The notes under the pieces are model-generated. The model was not told where the DNA came from. It saw only the letters and a list, made by a program, of their open reading frames with translations, and ran no database searches. Shown in pieces: positions 62,001 to 64,000 of a DNA stretch of 64,000 nucleotides (position 1 is its first letter; every line of letters begins with the position of its first letter). Source of the DNA: the human T2T-CHM13v2.0 reference genome, Homo sapiens; the NCBI RefSeq assembly GCF_009914755.1, contig NC_060925.1; one strand, written 5' to 3'. The translations under genes were made by a program, and so were the position numbers.

Positions 62001-64000
62001 TCAGCCCTGCAGTCTGGCCTCTGCAGTGGCTTGATGTGAAATTTGAGAAACATATGTAGTTTTCTATTTCAGGAAAATGATCTCAGGGATTGAATGTGTT
62101 TTTTTGTTGGCTGTTAAGCTCTGATCTTGCCCAGTGTGGTTTTTTGATGATGGGAAAGAGGCTTCGAAGTGCTTTTTATCAGAATTTCATGTAATAAAAC
62201 TTAAGGTTTGGTTTCTTTATTTTGGCCCCCAACCCCCTCCCAGGCTCAGGACACAATGTCGTCTATTCTGTCAGAAGTGGGAAGAAGTACACATTGTTCA
62301 TATTACAATCACTTCTTTGCTGCTTGCACACACATATATAAGAATGGCCACTGTGTCTATCCTTCACAAAAGCTATTTTAAATGTAGTTCAGTGGAGGAC
62401 CAAAGGTCTGCGTAGTGTCTCTTACAAAGGAAAAGGGATCTGTTGGGGGAAAAGTCTGCCTTTGTTTTGCCTTGGAAGGGCCAGTATTTTTCTTTGTTCT
62501 AGAGGTGAGTGCCAATAATGGGCCTAGTGCCCTATCAAGCAAACTTCATTAATCCAGCCCTGCAAAGGGTACACTGATCAGATAAAAGGGACCTACATCC
62601 TCAAAGCTCAAGGTATTTGTTTTTAAACTTTTTTCTTACTGTAAATAAATATCACTATTGTACTTAATCTCATATTCATAATTGTATTCCTTTTCTTAAA
62701 GAGCCTTTACATAAAAGCTTCAGGCCCTACAAAATCCGAGAGCATCCTTCATGGAGGAAGGATAGTAGACTCGAGGGTGAGTGGTTGAACTTTGGCTCTG
62801 GTGTAAAATGCCCACCCTGGGACTTATTGTGTGACCTTGAGCACGTTACATACCATTTCTGCACTTCATTGTCTTATTTATATTTCATGGGCTTGTTGCG
62901 GGATTGAACAGGTTCAAGTGTATAAAGCTCATAGTACAACCTGCTAAGGACTCAACATTAGCTATTCCTGCTGCTGTTTTTATTATTTGTTGCTGGCGTA
63001 TAAGACCTAGGCAAATGGAGCTAAATACTATTGTCTACCATTAAAATATTCACCTTCTGGAGGGAATAGTGCAAGGGTAACTTCAGATTTGCATTGAAAA
63101 ACCCATGGACTATCACTTTACATATTTATTTCCTTACCATCTTCAACCCTTATCCAGACAGCTCCAAATGCACATTATTCAGAAAATTGGTGATATTTTC
63201 ACAGCACTGAGACTAAGCTCATCTCCTGCTGGTCCTTATCACTCACCAGCCTTTCAGCCACATCAGACATCTCCTCAATCTCTGGGCAAACCAGGCCTTT
63301 TCATGTCTTCTTGACTTTGCACGTACTGTTTCCTCCCCGCAGAGTATCATTTGCCCTTTTTTCTGCTTGTCAACTGCTATTCACCCTTCGAGACCCAACT
63401 TAAATATTATTTGTGAATTTTGGGCAGTTACACAGACTCTTTTGGGCAGTTACACACTACTGTTTCATTTTTCCTATAGTTCTTCAAGAACTTCTCTCAT
63501 TGTAGTGTAATTATTTCTTGACATACATTTTTCTTCTAACAGCCTAGGAGGTCTTTGGATGAAGATACTACAGTCTATTCACTTTTATAACCCCGGTACA
63601 GAGTGCATGACACGTGTTAGGTGTTGAGAAATCTGAGAAATCGACTGGGAAGAGTTTTTTTTCATACCATTATATTTTAAAAGCTGCAATAGTTTGTTCC
63701 AGAAAAGTTATATTTTTCCCTTGGTGTATATTCTAATTTAAAAGGTGTTTTTAATGCCTGATTGATCTCCAATCTGTAATGACTTTGTAGCATTTTCTTT
63801 GTTTCCCTGCATTCAGCCTTCTGATTTAAGCAGATAATGCTTGGAAACACCTGTTTAAGTTGTATCTTCTTTGCTAGTTGTAACTTCATGAGTACAGGGA
63901 CCATATATGTTCTGTTCACAGCTCTATCCCCAAGTCCTAATACAGTGGTTGGCAGTTCTAGAGGTAGAAGAAATTATAATAATAATAGTGCTTGTATTTT

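Overview
This is primate (human or great-ape-like) genomic DNA from inside the FGGY gene (FGGY carbohydrate kinase domain-containing, D-ribulokinase) on the + strand. Three internal coding exons (8332-8443, 14621-14772, 47128-47216; 112, 152 and 89 nt) have canonical AG/GT ends and splice into one open frame. The rest is repeat-rich intron: a dead full-length L1PA3-type element inserted into an Alu, several truncated L1PAs, Alus, MaLR/ERV solo LTRs, Tigger/MER DNA transposons and many MIR/L2 relics. I found no new protein-coding system; the long ORFs are L1 fragments or chance frames. The most unusual signals are structural. (1) Four non-tandem local direct duplications, two of them exact 26-30 nt doublets; one pair brackets an exon and another replaces the 5' end of an Alu. 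(2) One target site reused by a MIR, an Alu monomer and a twin-primed L1 carrying a 3' transduction. (3) Non-consensus variants, including a frameshift, shared by two inverted L1s that bracket an exon, suggesting patchy gene conversion. (4) Divergent THE1 LTRs with DUX-type motifs, one a candidate alternative first exon. (5) A 23-bp hairpin carrying two octamer motifs. Repeat subfamily names come from recalled consensus sequences and need RepeatMasker confirmation.
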